Below the pieces are notes generated by a model, which was given only the letters and a program-made list of their open reading frames with translations, was not told the origin of the DNA and did no database searches. Source: Fimbriimonadales bacterium (lineage in GTDB: Bacteria; Armatimonadota; Fimbriimonadia; Fimbriimonadales; ATM1). From it: DNA of 64,000 nucleotides. Location of the stretch: NCBI GenBank assembly GCA_041744215.1, contig JBGTLG010000015.1:32001-96000 (forward strand). The letters run 5' to 3'. Both the position numbers and the translations under genes were made by a program. Below, piece after piece: positions 49,587 to 59,942 of the stretch (position 1 is its first letter; every line of letters begins with the position of its first letter).

Positions 49587-50918
49587 GTGAACCCGGGGCG
49601 CGCCTTACTGGCTGTATTGTCGATTTACGTTCTCCTCGCGATAGCCTATATAGACGTAACGCCGTACAGGACAGCAGGCTATCTCCCCTTCCAGACCGAA
49701 GGAATCCAAAAGGATATCGGAGCCCCAGACGAGTGGCAGCACACCAACTACGTCCGATACATCGTGGCTGAGCGCGACTTCCCTCAGTTTGGCGACTCTA
49801 CTCGGGACTTCTACGATCATTACCAGTCCCATCAGCCCCCCGCGTATTACCTGCTCTGCGCTCCGCTCGCCGCCCTAACTGCCGGTAACGAGGAGGCGGA
49901 AAAGTGGGCGCTCCGACTCGTGAACGTCCTTCTGGGAGCGCTGCTCCTCCTGTGCGTGTTCAAAGGCGTCATCGCATTCACGGATAACCCATGGGCCGGC
50001 GCGCTCGCCTCTGCGTTCGCTGGCTTGCTGCCCATGTTCATCGCTCTCTCGTCCGCGGTCACAAATGACGTTGCCCTATACCTCGTCATCACAGCCACGA
50101 TGTGGCGGATCGGGTCTTCGCTTCGTGACGGGTGGACTCTGTCGAGCGCGGCCGGCCTCGGCCTCCTCCTGGGCGTAGGAGTCCTCACGAAGTCTGGAGC
50201 CCTGGTTGTTTGGCCGGTCGCACTCGTTGGATTAATCGCATTCCGGGGTTCACGCGCAACTTGGATTCAATGCACGGTTGCGATTTCTATCGCAGTTGCT
50301 GCCGCGCTGCCGTGGCTGCTTAGGAACCATGCCCTGTACGGGGATATCCTTGGCTACCGCATCTTCCAAGAGACATTCAAGACGCTCCCAGCTGACACCC
50401 TAATCGAGCGCATGGGTACATTCGGATACTGGTACGAAGCAGTCGGCTTGCGGGCCCTCTGGTCGTGGTGGGGCATATTCGGTTACTTCCAAATCACTCT
50501 CCACCCTCTTGCTATCTACGACACGCTGACGGTGCTCTTCCTTTTGACCATCGCCGGCCACCTCGCCAGAAAGTGGCGGGCGGTCTCGCAAGGCGAGTTG
50601 AGAATGCACCTGCTGAACGGCATACTTATCGCGGCCGTAGTCGCCACCTTCGTCCGATTCAACACCGTCTACTACCAGGCTCAGGCGCGATACCTCTACC
50701 CGGCACTGTTTGCGGTGGCGGGTGGGTTCGCCTGCGGAGCGCTCGGGTGGTCGGAGCGATTCACTCAAAAGAGCGGACAAAGTCGCGGCAGGTTGATCTG
50801 GCTCGTCTCTGCGCCGCTGCTCGTTGCGCTCTTGCTCGTGAACCTGTACGCGGTGTTTGGCGCGCTTCCTTCCGGCTTCGAACTCTTGCAGCGGTCTCCC
50901 GATACTGTGCAACCGTGA
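49587..50918 (+). CDS. GT-C fold membrane glycosyltransferase (ArnT/PMT/DUF2142-like)
   Basis: APDE..H..Y, HQPP.YY, V.ND, LTK, QARY; many TM helices. Confidence 0.8.
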   Translation: MNPGRALLAVLSIYVLLAIAYIDVTPYRTAGYLPFQTEGIQKDIGAPDEWQHTNYVRYIVAERDFPQFGDSTRDFYDHYQSHQPPAYYLLCAPLAALTAGNEEAEKWALRLVNVLLGALLLLCVFKGVIAFTDNPWAGALASAFAGLLPMFIALSSAVTNDVALYLVITATMWRIGSSLRDGWTLSSAAGLGLLLGVGVLTKSGALVVWPVALVGLIAFRGSRATWIQCTVAISIAVAAALPWLLRNHALYGDILGYRIFQETFKTLPADTLIERMGTFGYWYEAVGLRALWSWWGIFGYFQITLHPLAIYDTLTVLFLLTIAGHLARKWRAVSQGELRMHLLNGILIAAVVATFVRFNTVYYQAQARYLYPALFAVAGGFACGALGWSERFTQKSGQSRGRLIWLVSAPLLVALLLVNLYAVFGALPSGFELLQRSPDTVQP

Positions 50919-51002
50919 AGGAAGCTCGCGCCAGCGCGGCGAAATAGAGTTGCCAATGATGCCAAACCACCGGGAACCGCCCTCATTGGGGATGTTTGTC
51001 TG

Positions 51003-51554
51003 ATGGCGTACTGGATCACGGCTGGCATAGTTGCCATTGCCCTCTTGATTTGGGCATACAATGCTCTCGCTCGAATGCGCAATGTAGTGCGTAACGCCTG
51101 GAGCGACATTGACGTCCAGCTCAAACGCCGTGCCGACCTGATTCCCAACATCGTCGAAACGACAAAGGGCTACTCCGGCTTCGAGCGGGACACTTTGGAA
51201 GCCGTCGTGCGCGCCAGAACGGAAGCAGAGTCTGGATCGCATTCGCCCTCCGAGCGTGCTCGGAAGGAAGACCAGCTTGGGCAGCGTGTGACCCAAATCA
51301 TAGCGGTCGCAGAAAAGTATCCCGAGCTAAAAGCAAGCGCTCAATTCCTGCGGCTTCAAGAAGAGCTGGCGATCACCGAGAACAACATCGCGAGCGCCAG
51401 AAGGTACTACAATGCCGCGACGCGAGACCTCAACACAATGCTGGACTCGTTCCCGCTTGGCTGGATCGGTGCGCTCTTCCGATTCCGGAAAGAAGAATTC
51501 TTCTCCGTTGACACACCCGACGAGCGCGAATCTCCGAGCGCAAAAATGAACTAA
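51003..51554 (+). CDS. lemA: LemA family protein
   Basis: WSDIDVQLKRRADLIPN, E.YPELKA, RRYYN, FP. Confidence 0.95.
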   Translation: MAYWITAGIVAIALLIWAYNALARMRNVVRNAWSDIDVQLKRRADLIPNIVETTKGYSGFERDTLEAVVRARTEAESGSHSPSERARKEDQLGQRVTQIIAVAEKYPELKASAQFLRLQEELAITENNIASARRYYNAATRDLNTMLDSFPLGWIGALFRFRKEEFFSVDTPDERESPSAKMN

Positions 51555-53344
51555 TGAAAAGACTTCTCCCTATCGCTTTGCTCACACTTGCCTGCGCGAT
51601 CGCACATGCTCAGTACGTCATTCAGGACTATCACGTCGACATGGAACTCCGTCAAGACGGATCCATGGGCGTGATCGAAAGAATCAACGTCAAGTTCACA
51701 ATCCCGCGTCGAGGGATCTTCCGTGTTATTCCAGTCGACTACCCCACGGGGAAAGGGATGACGCGCCGCGCGATCATCGACGTAATCGACGTCCGCGACA
51801 GTGCGGACCGAGTTCAAACAACGAAGATCGAACGAATCGGGCCGAACCTCAGCATCCGAATCGGGGACGAGAGTGTCGTTTACCCCTCCGGCACGATCAA
51901 GACATACATCATCCGTTACGAAGCCGTCGGTATGATGAACTGGTTTACGGATGAGATTGACTGGGATCCCTACGCAGAACTCTACTGGAACGTTATCGGA
52001 AACGAATGGGACACATCGATTGAGAAGGCTTCGTTTAGAGTCACATTCCCAGAAGTCCCCTCAGCGAACCACGTGCGTATGCGCGCCTTTGGCGGCGCGT
52101 ACGGTGACAGAAGTTCCATAACAGTGCGCGGATTCGGAAGCGTCGCAGCCGCTCCGCCGCTCTTCACGAGTCTCAAACTAACCCAGTCAACCGCCGAAGG
52201 GGCGCGCCTTGAGCCGTTGCCTGCCTACAATGGGCTGACAATTGTCATTAACATGCCAGCCGATTTGATTCAAAGGCCGACGGGATGGCTGTGGTTCAAG
52301 CTCGTCATACTTCCAAACATCGGATTTTTGATCCCAGTGTTCGTGTTGGTCGCAATGTTCCTCCTCTGGGCTATCTATGGGCGCGATCCCCACGGTGGGC
52401 CCGTCGTCGTGCAGTACGACCCACCCGACGGCATGACAGCATCGGAAGCCGGCGCGATGATTGACGAAAATGTTGACCAGCGTGACGTTTCCGCTGGCAT
52501 CATCAGCCTCGCTGTCAAAGGCTGCCTGGATGTCGAGTTTGGCGCAGAAGAAGGACTCATTTTTAAGCGGCGTCCCGTCATCCTTCGCACCAAAGACAAA
52601 CCCGACGATGTAAAACTTACCCCTTTCGAACAGCGCTTGCTGTCAAGGATCAAGAAAGGCGGATCAACCGTAACCGAAGACGACCTGAAAAAACACGTCG
52701 CAACGGATATGGCGACGCTCCACTCCAAACTCTACGAAAGCTTGGTGAAGCGAGGCTACTACAGGAAGTCCCCGTCCGCAGTCCGCGGTGGTTGGGCCTT
52801 CGGCGGCGTCATCGTTGTCATCGCGATCGCTTTTATTGTCGCGAACATTTCGCCATTCATAAACACGTTCCCCTCGATACTTGGAGCCGTACTGGGCTGC
52901 GCCCTTGTAATCGCATTCTCTAAAGTAATGCCGCGACGCACTATGCAGGGCGCAAAAATCGTCAAGCAAGTCCACGGATTCGAAGAGTTCATTCGCAGAG
53001 CAGAGCGCAAAGAACTTGAGTGGCAATCGAAAGTCGATCCAAGTGCGGCGCTCTTTGAAAGGTTTTTGCCGTACGCAATGGCCTTCGACCTAACCCGCGA
53101 ATGGACAAATGCGTTCTCATCGATTCTCACCGAACCGCCCAGCTGGTATCACCATCCCGGCGGCATCTCGTCTTTCAATAGCACAACCTTCTCCCACGAT
53201 CTCGACTTCGTTGGGAAGTCGCTCGCGACCAGCGCGGGGACCCCACCTCGCTCCTCAGGCGGAAGCGGCGGCAGCAGCGGCTTCTCAAGTGGAGGAGGAT
53301 TCTCAGGCGGCGGATTCGGTGGTGGTGGCGGAAGCAGTTGGTAA
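51554..53344 (+). CDS. DUF2207 membrane protein with Gly/Ser-rich C-terminal tail
   Basis: RGIFR.IP, ELYWN..G..W, YDPPDG, LPYAMAF....W, GGGFGGGGGSSW end; follows lemA. Confidence 0.9.
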   Translation: MKRLLPIALLTLACAIAHAQYVIQDYHVDMELRQDGSMGVIERINVKFTIPRRGIFRVIPVDYPTGKGMTRRAIIDVIDVRDSADRVQTTKIERIGPNLSIRIGDESVVYPSGTIKTYIIRYEAVGMMNWFTDEIDWDPYAELYWNVIGNEWDTSIEKASFRVTFPEVPSANHVRMRAFGGAYGDRSSITVRGFGSVAAAPPLFTSLKLTQSTAEGARLEPLPAYNGLTIVINMPADLIQRPTGWLWFKLVILPNIGFLIPVFVLVAMFLLWAIYGRDPHGGPVVVQYDPPDGMTASEAGAMIDENVDQRDVSAGIISLAVKGCLDVEFGAEEGLIFKRRPVILRTKDKPDDVKLTPFEQRLLSRIKKGGSTVTEDDLKKHVATDMATLHSKLYESLVKRGYYRKSPSAVRGGWAFGGVIVVIAIAFIVANISPFINTFPSILGAVLGCALVIAFSKVMPRRTMQGAKIVKQVHGFEEFIRRAERKELEWQSKVDPSAALFERFLPYAMAFDLTREWTNAFSSILTEPPSWYHHPGGISSFNSTTFSHDLDFVGKSLATSAGTPPRSSGGSGGSSGFSSGGGFSGGGFGGGGGSSW

Positions 53345-53351
53345 CAATCAA

Positions 53352-53609
53352 CTAATCCTGAATCAGCCCCAGTTCTCGAAGAAGCGCAAAAGTTTCTTCG
53401 TCGCTCGGCTCCACCAAAACTCGATCTCGACCGTGAAAAACAACCGTCGGCGTGCGGCACACGCCGCCGTTGTACGACGCCGCGCGGGCATCGTCCGCCT
53501 CGCTCAAATCTAAGTCGACGAACTCATACGCCAAACCGTGATGATCCAATAGTTCGCGAGTCCGCTCGGTGTCCTCACACCACGTACAACCCAAAACCTC
53601 GATCCTCAT
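53352..53609 (-). CDS. glutaredoxin-like (mycoredoxin/NrdH-like) protein
   Basis: TWCED.. and RTPTV...LVEPS. Confidence 0.75.
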   Translation of the reverse strand: MRIEVLGCTWCEDTERTRELLDHHGLAYEFVDLDLSEADDARAASYNGGVCRTPTVVFHGRDRVLVEPSDEETFALLRELGLIQD

Positions 53610-54760
53610 CTCGCAACCACGGGGATCCCTCCCAACGCGCCCACCGCAAAGACATGATCGTCCTTGTTAACCTGTTGCAAAGTAAAACGGGTCGCACTCT
53701 CAACAATGTAGGCACCTTGCCAAACCGCGCTCGTGGTCTCACGCCAATACACCACCCACTTCGCGCCCTGCCTGCCCTGCCACGTAACCGTCGTGTCGTG
53801 TCCCTGACGCATATCGATTCGCACATTCGTCGGAGCCTCTCCAGCCAAGCCAAGCGAGTACATCGTCACCAAGTTTGCACGCGTGACGTTGGCTAAGTAA
53901 CTCCAATCCATAAACTCGGGCAGATCATCTGGCGTGTGCTGACGCGAATACTCCTCGTGCACTTCGATGAACCGCACCGCGTCGAAGCCCTCGTCATTGA
54001 AAGGCGTATGGTCTCCCCTCCTTCCAAACCGATCGCGACGAAACACCAGCTTAATCTCAAAGTTCTTCATGTTCGTCCGCACCAGATACTCAATCAGCCG
54101 CGCAAGCTCCCGACTGTTATGTGCATCGGACTCATCGCTAAACACTCGAACCCGCTTATCATCCTTCTGACCTGCCTTGTTCTCGCTCGAACCCACTGTA
54201 TCGTTGTTAAGCACGGCGTCAACTTTCCAACCTTCTGCCTTCGCACGCTTTGCCAGCGCCCGCGCCCCATGCAGTCCCTGCTCCTCGCCAGTAAATCCTA
54301 TAAACACCAATGTCTCCTTCCACTTCTTCCCCGCCATCACCCGCGCCAGTTCCAGCGCGAGTGCAACTCCGCTCGCATCATCGTTCGCTCCAGGAGCACG
54401 CCCAGTCGCTGCATCCACCTGCAGATTCAGCGAGTCCAAATGACCCCCGACCAAAACACGCCGCTCCGTCTCACCGCGCAAAACAGCCACCACCTGCACA
54501 ACTTCACGGTCCTCCGGCACGCGCCGCCCCGCAGGAATGACGTACCGCATCAACTCCACCTCAACGCCAGGAATCTTCCGATACTCGCCAGCAAGCCACT
54601 CGGCTGCCTCGTTCAACATCGGACTCAGCGTGTTCCGAGTGTGAAACGACGCCAACTTCTCAACGGTTGCGCGCAACCGCGAAGAATCCACCTGCCCAAT
54701 CAAATCCTGCAAGTCGCTCGGCGACCCTTGCACCGCCACGGCCAACAACGCTGCGATCAT
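53606..54760 (-). CDS. M28 family metallopeptidase, exported
   Basis: GHLDS, PGANDDASG, GEEQGL.G, NND.VG, GDH.PF, QH..DD; start MIAALL. Confidence 0.92.
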   Translation of the reverse strand: MIAALLAVAVQGSPSDLQDLIGQVDSSRLRATVEKLASFHTRNTLSPMLNEAAEWLAGEYRKIPGVEVELMRYVIPAGRRVPEDREVVQVVAVLRGETERRVLVGGHLDSLNLQVDAATGRAPGANDDASGVALALELARVMAGKKWKETLVFIGFTGEEQGLHGARALAKRAKAEGWKVDAVLNNDTVGSSENKAGQKDDKRVRVFSDESDAHNSRELARLIEYLVRTNMKNFEIKLVFRRDRFGRRGDHTPFNDEGFDAVRFIEVHEEYSRQHTPDDLPEFMDWSYLANVTRANLVTMYSLGLAGEAPTNVRIDMRQGHDTTVTWQGRQGAKWVVYWRETTSAVWQGAYIVESATRFTLQQVNKDDHVFAVGALGGIPVVAR

Positions 54761-55296
54761 AACACCGTTGTACCCCGACGAACACCAGCCAGCCACTCCT
54801 CAGTCTCTGCAGGTCGCCGCAACCACACCACGTCCCTCCCAGAAGCAACCCATTCACGAATTCTCTTCCGCTTTCGCGCAAACGATCGGAAGTGCCAGAG
54901 CAAAATCGATTCGCGAGACAAAGTCGTCCGCAAAGTTTCGCGGTTCCCATTGCAGATCGATCGCCCATCCACAACGCGCGCAACCGTCCGCCTAAGCAGC
55001 CGACCGAACGAAACCCAACGCGGATAATCCAAGCCCACAATCACCTCCGCTCGCGATAACGGTATCTCCAGCCACTTCGCATACGCAGTATCCAAAATCC
55101 ACTCATCACGCGAGCAAATCTCCGTGATCGCCGCAACCTGCTCATCCAGGGGAACCGCCTCCCAGCCAGGCCGAAACGTCAGATCATCCACCGAATACCA
55201 AGGAATCCCGGTCACCTCGCTAAGCCGACCCGCCAGCAGCGTCTTCCCAGACCCCGTCACCCCATACACCAATATCCGCCGAGCACAGCTACTCAC
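54757..55296 (-). CDS. adenylate-kinase-like P-loop protein (FlaR/topology modulation type)
   Basis: YGVTGSGKT, DDL.F.PGW, WILD..Y, CNGNRE. Confidence 0.8.
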   Translation of the reverse strand: MSSCARRILVYGVTGSGKTLLAGRLSEVTGIPWYSVDDLTFRPGWEAVPLDEQVAAITEICSRDEWILDTAYAKWLEIPLSRAEVIVGLDYPRWVSFGRLLRRTVARVVDGRSICNGNRETLRTTLSRESILLWHFRSFARKRKRIREWVASGRDVVWLRRPAETEEWLAGVRRGTTVL

Positions 55297-55354
55297 CCCG
55301 CCATTTTGCGCGATGCAGGACTAACCGCCACCAATCGCGAATACCCACGAAACC

Positions 55355-57019
55355 ATGACCCGCAAAGAGTTCCTATCACGAGCCATCGTCGCAGCCGCGG
55401 CTACTGCCCTCCCGCCCGGCGTCCTCGCAAAGCAAACCCAACAAAACCAAAGCGGGATAACCATCGAAGACATAAAAGCCGCAGCCAAAGTCGCAGCAGT
55501 CGAATTCACCGACGAAGAGCTTCAACAAATCCTGCGACAGATCCAAACCGCCTCGACACAAGCGAAGGACGCGCGCAAGAACAAACTCGACAACTCTGTC
55601 GCGCCGCCAACCCCGTTCTTCCCGTCGCCAGACCGAACTCAAGAAATCAACACGCACATCACTTTCGAATCGGAAGCGCGGCCCAAGCCGAAAGACGACG
55701 ATCTCGCATTCGCAACCGTCGCAGAAATCGCCACACTCGTCAAAGCCAAACACATCTCACCAGTCGAACTGACCAGCTTCTTCCTAAACCGCATGAGACA
55801 ATACGGCGAGAAGCTCATATGCATCGCATCGCTAACAGAAGAGCGCGCGCTCCGAATGGCAAAAAAAGCGGAAGACGAGATCATGGCCGGAAACTATCGC
55901 GGCCCGTTGCACGGAATCCCCTGCGGAATCAAAGACCTCTTCGCAACCAAAGGATACAAAACGACCTGGGGCGCAGAACCATACAAGGATCAAACCCTCG
56001 ATTACGACGCTGCGCTCGTCGAAAAACTCGACGAAGCAGGAGCAATCATCATTGCGAAACTGAGCCTCGGTGCGCTCGCAATGGGCGACGTCTGGTTCAA
56101 AGGGCGAACCAAAAACCCGTGGAATCCAGAGCAAGGATCTTCGGGCTCATCCGCCGGCTCTTGCGCTGCGGTCGCTGCGGGTCTTGTGCCATTCGCAATA
56201 GGAACAGAAACGCTCGGATCAATCGTCTCGCCAAGCCACCAGTGCCGAGTAACGGGATTGCGCCCAACTTTCGGAAGAGTCTCGCGACACGGCGCGATGG
56301 CGCTCAGCTGGTCAATGGACAAAGTCGGACCAATCTGCAGAACCGCGCAAGACTGCGCCATCGTCCTATCCCAAATCATCGGCGCAGACCAACGCGATGA
56401 GAGCACAATCGACAAACCGTTCATCTACCCGCCAACAAACACACTCCGCAACGCAAAAGTCGGTGTGCTCCTGCAGCCAGACGACGACCCAACCGGCGAT
56501 GCATGGCAACGCGCAAAGCAGCAAGACTTCGCAAAAGTCCTCGAGGAACTCGGCGCAAACCTCGTCCCGATTCAATTCGACGCAGCGTTCCCGTCTGCGA
56601 TCAACATCCTTTATGCGGAGTGCGGTTCTGCGTTCGACGACTTTGTTCTAAGCGAAGCAGTCCACGACCTAAAAAACAGCACCTGGCCACAAACCTTCCG
56701 AATGTCGCGATTTATCTCATCAGTCGATTACCTCCGAGCGATGCGCATGCGCCGCGAAATGATGGAAGCGTTTGAAGAGAAGATGAAAACAGTAGACTTC
56801 TATGTAGGCCCAGAACGCGCGCTCGCGACTCTGCTCCCAACCAATCTAACAGGACACCCGCAAATCCTCGTGCCAAATGGCTCAACCGAAACCGGCGCTC
56901 AACGCTCGATGTCCTTCGTCGGCCAACTCTACGGCGAATCCGCAATCGCCGCCGCAGCATGGGAATACCAAAAAGTCGTCAAACACCACGAAAAACGCCC
57001 AGACTTGAGCAAACTGTAA
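55355..57019 (+). CDS. amidase signature family enzyme with Tat-like signal
   Basis: GPLHGIP.GIKD, GSSGSSAGS, GTETLGSI (Lys-cisSer-Ser); N-terminal TRKEFL. Confidence 0.92.
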   Translation: MTRKEFLSRAIVAAAATALPPGVLAKQTQQNQSGITIEDIKAAAKVAAVEFTDEELQQILRQIQTASTQAKDARKNKLDNSVAPPTPFFPSPDRTQEINTHITFESEARPKPKDDDLAFATVAEIATLVKAKHISPVELTSFFLNRMRQYGEKLICIASLTEERALRMAKKAEDEIMAGNYRGPLHGIPCGIKDLFATKGYKTTWGAEPYKDQTLDYDAALVEKLDEAGAIIIAKLSLGALAMGDVWFKGRTKNPWNPEQGSSGSSAGSCAAVAAGLVPFAIGTETLGSIVSPSHQCRVTGLRPTFGRVSRHGAMALSWSMDKVGPICRTAQDCAIVLSQIIGADQRDESTIDKPFIYPPTNTLRNAKVGVLLQPDDDPTGDAWQRAKQQDFAKVLEELGANLVPIQFDAAFPSAINILYAECGSAFDDFVLSEAVHDLKNSTWPQTFRMSRFISSVDYLRAMRMRREMMEAFEEKMKTVDFYVGPERALATLLPTNLTGHPQILVPNGSTETGAQRSMSFVGQLYGESAIAAAAWEYQKVVKHHEKRPDLSKL

Positions 57020-57078
57020 GCGAGTTCGTACGCAAGCGATCGCAAGCGCTCATCAGCGACGTTGACGCCTGTCAACGC

Positions 57079-57792
57079 CTATTCGGTTGTTAGGCGCCAC
57101 ACAGACTGTCTGCCGTGCAAGACAACCGAAAGCAAGACTCGATCTGAGGGTCCCCATTTGCCGCTGCGAAACTCCTTCACCTTATCGGGGCTTGGATCCC
57201 ACTGCGCACACCCTTGCCCTACCACCTTCCCAGAACTTCCGTCGATGAAGCGTATGTTGAGAAGTACCGTTTGATCGCGCGATATCTCTACGTAGTACGG
57301 CGCGCCACGAACGACCGCTCTCGGCCGGGCGCCTGTCTCCAGCGTAACTCCCGCATCCAAACTCGAATAAACCTCAGCGAAGCTAACTTGATGAAGCCCG
57401 CCGATCCGATCCGTCGGACCGGCTCGTTCGCTGAGCTCACTATCGGGTCGCCAACTCGATCGCAGCGTTAGAAGCGAACCATCTGCATTCGTCGTAGCCG
57501 CCGACAACCGGGCAGCGCCTCGGTACTTTATGAAAGGGCGCCAACCTTCCCGCGGACTGTCTTGCACCTCTCGCGGCGCGGGCAGTGGCCAGCTGCCAAC
57601 AGCTACGTTTGCAGTTGCAGTCCCGTCAGGGACTGCGGTGATGTCCCCCAACACAAGGAACTCCTCCCTCACCGTACCGCGACCGACCGATGCAGAAACA
57701 AAAGTCCACACGGCCGTGCCTTCGCGGTCGGCCCACACTCCCGGCAAGTGACCGGGAACCAGAGCTTGCACAACTAAAACAATGCTTAACAT
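57079..57792 (-). CDS. hypothetical exported protein
   Basis: 237-aa ORF, GGAGG RBS, hydrophobic N-terminus. Confidence 0.55.
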   Translation of the reverse strand: MLSIVLVVQALVPGHLPGVWADREGTAVWTFVSASVGRGTVREEFLVLGDITAVPDGTATANVAVGSWPLPAPREVQDSPREGWRPFIKYRGAARLSAATTNADGSLLTLRSSWRPDSELSERAGPTDRIGGLHQVSFAEVYSSLDAGVTLETGARPRAVVRGAPYYVEISRDQTVLLNIRFIDGSSGKVVGQGCAQWDPSPDKVKEFRSGKWGPSDRVLLSVVLHGRQSVWRLTTE

Positions 57793-57944
57793 CTCAAACC
57801 TCCGGCACCAATTATGTCACACGAAGTCCGAAAGGCCAACGCTCGCCTCCGCCAGGTACATCTTACAGCGCCCCGAACTAACTCATTCGAGTGAACGCAG
57901 TCGGCGGACGCGCCAAAGGCAAACAAAGCAGATACCTTCCCTCC

Positions 57945-59942
57945 TCACCGGCTTCGAATCCCCACTGCCTGATCGGATAGCCTTGTCAAGAACCCGGCGG
58001 GCAACCCGGAAGGTTCACTCCACGAACTCCCCGGCGCAATCGACTGCGTTGAAGTGTAGACACCTCCACGCCCAGGCCCCGCGGTAACCCCGACGAGAAG
58101 AGTTTCCTCGATCAGCGGTAGAAACAAAGCTCCTGGTTTCTCGAGTTCCTTCAGAGACTCCGCAGCCGCCGAAGCGCGAAAGAACACGATACTGCCGTCA
58201 CGCGACATCCCTAACGCCGATGCCTCCACCAACCGTACTTGAAGGCGGATGTCACCGAGCCCCTGCACCGGAATGAACTCGGTCAGTTCTTTGTCAATCA
58301 CACTCCTCGGGTCACTCATCAGGTGCTCTCTTGCAAACGATTCATACTCAGGTCCAAGCCATCGCAATCCGCTTGTATCCCCGATCGTCGGCCTCGCCCG
58401 AACCAGAGCCTCCGTCAAATGAGATCGCTGCGCATCCGTCATGGAGAGGAACGAAATGTCCATGCCCGATGCGGACTCTGTTCGTTGCCCAGGGGCTAAG
58501 GAGTGCCAGAATCGCAGTAGGTGGGCGGATGCAAACGTCGGACCCTGAATTCGCCCTCCCGTGATGTATTGGCCTGAAACCGTTGCCAACTGAAGATCGC
58601 TCAGCTCATTAGCAATTGCTGATAGCTGAGTCATCGAAAGTCCGTCGGCAATATCGTATGCACTTTCTAAGCGCGACAATGTGCGCCGGGGAATTGTTCT
58701 CGCACGAGAAACGGCTCTGCGTCGATCCGAGACCTCAATCCAGCCGTTCCTAACTCTCCACTGTTGCCACGGTGCGGTCATCGCCGTAAGCACTGCCGAT
58801 ACGGTTGGTCGAGAAACGGCGAATCGAGAGTAAGATCCAAACGGTCGATCAGATGCATGAGCGATTAAGCTATGTTTCGTGTGCCTTGCGACTTCACCGA
58901 GACCCATTGCGAATGGTCGTAACGGCTCCCACTTACCGTCCTCCGTTCGGTAGATCGGGTGCGTTCTGACATTCATATCAAGCGAGACTGAGTCAACAGC
59001 CAATGCTGTGCGGCGAATGGCATCGCTAATCGGAAGCAACGATTCGAATATCTCTGGCAATTCCACGTCCTCGTGGTCGAATCGCATGGCTTGATATGTC
59101 AGAAGACGAACAAAGTCCGTCCGCAAGATCGTTCCGTCGATGCCCATGAGTTCAATGGTTGCCACCAGCGTATGTGCGTTGCCTAACGGGTCTCCGTCCT
59201 GATAGATCACTCGGACCTTATTGATCTCACGCGATGGTTCCGATGGTGATAGGACATCCTTCAAAGCGTCCCGCGACGATTTCGGCAGTTCGTGCTGCAT
59301 CGCAGTCGGGTCGGTTGATAAGACTATCGCCCGCCTGGTCGCAAGGTGCACCAACATCTTCTCATCCAGACCGACAAAGCCGGTAGCCGCCAACCGCCAA
59401 GAAGCCGAATGACTGCTTCGAAGCGATCCGATCTGTTCTTGGACCTGGCGCGCCTCACTGACTTTGCCAGAATTGATGAAATCCTGCCAGATCGTTTCTA
59501 AAGCTTGTATCAGGGCCTTAGTCTCTTCATCGTTTCGCTTGCCTGTTTCTTGCAATGACTCTCGCAGTTGTTCTTGCGCTGCTTTCAAGTCAGCGGCAAG
59601 CTCCTTCGCAAACGATTCTGCTTCCGCCTCGCGATGCGCTTCCGCCTGATACAGATAGTAGCCGTCGTCGCGCCTTCTCCATGAAAGGTTCATGTGTTCC
59701 GAGATCTTGCGGAGCACATCGCGCGCAGCTTGCTCCCTAACAACGATCACAAGAAGGTCTTCCGCAACCGCAGGCGCTGCAAGGAGCATTACGTCAAGCT
59801 GCTCGCCAACCATATCGATCACATCACCAATGGCGGCGACCCCGGTCTCAAACGTGAGCGGCTGATCTAAGCGAAGGTCACCCGCGAAAACATCCTCCGC
59901 CGACGTGGAGAGGGCGATGCCAAGGAGCACGCTGGACACCAT
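57945..59942 (-). CDS. exported hypothetical protein with an N-terminal STN/secretin-N0-like domain
   Basis: Start at MVSSVLLG (signal peptide); D.RLDQPLT...IGDVI..V...V.L...VL.KI......W......Y.L pattern. Confidence 0.6.
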   Translation of the reverse strand: MVSSVLLGIALSTSAEDVFAGDLRLDQPLTFETGVAAIGDVIDMVGEQLDVMLLAAPAVAEDLLVIVVREQAARDVLRKISEHMNLSWRRRDDGYYLYQAEAHREAEAESFAKELAADLKAAQEQLRESLQETGKRNDEETKALIQALETIWQDFINSGKVSEARQVQEQIGSLRSSHSASWRLAATGFVGLDEKMLVHLATRRAIVLSTDPTAMQHELPKSSRDALKDVLSPSEPSREINKVRVIYQDGDPLGNAHTLVATIELMGIDGTILRTDFVRLLTYQAMRFDHEDVELPEIFESLLPISDAIRRTALAVDSVSLDMNVRTHPIYRTEDGKWEPLRPFAMGLGEVARHTKHSLIAHASDRPFGSYSRFAVSRPTVSAVLTAMTAPWQQWRVRNGWIEVSDRRRAVSRARTIPRRTLSRLESAYDIADGLSMTQLSAIANELSDLQLATVSGQYITGGRIQGPTFASAHLLRFWHSLAPGQRTESASGMDISFLSMTDAQRSHLTEALVRARPTIGDTSGLRWLGPEYESFAREHLMSDPRSVIDKELTEFIPVQGLGDIRLQVRLVEASALGMSRDGSIVFFRASAAAESLKELEKPGALFLPLIEETLLVGVTAGPGRGGVYTSTQSIAPGSSWSEPSGLPAGFLTRLSDQAVGIRSR

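Noticed and set aside
53255-53344. GGC/GGT-rich low-complexity tract
   Set aside because: Encodes the normal Gly/Ser tail of DUF2207 proteins
53936-56400. Long alternative-frame ORFs (363 aa at 53936+, 364 aa at 55306+)
   Set aside because: They shadow well-supported genes; low T content on the + strand depletes stop codons
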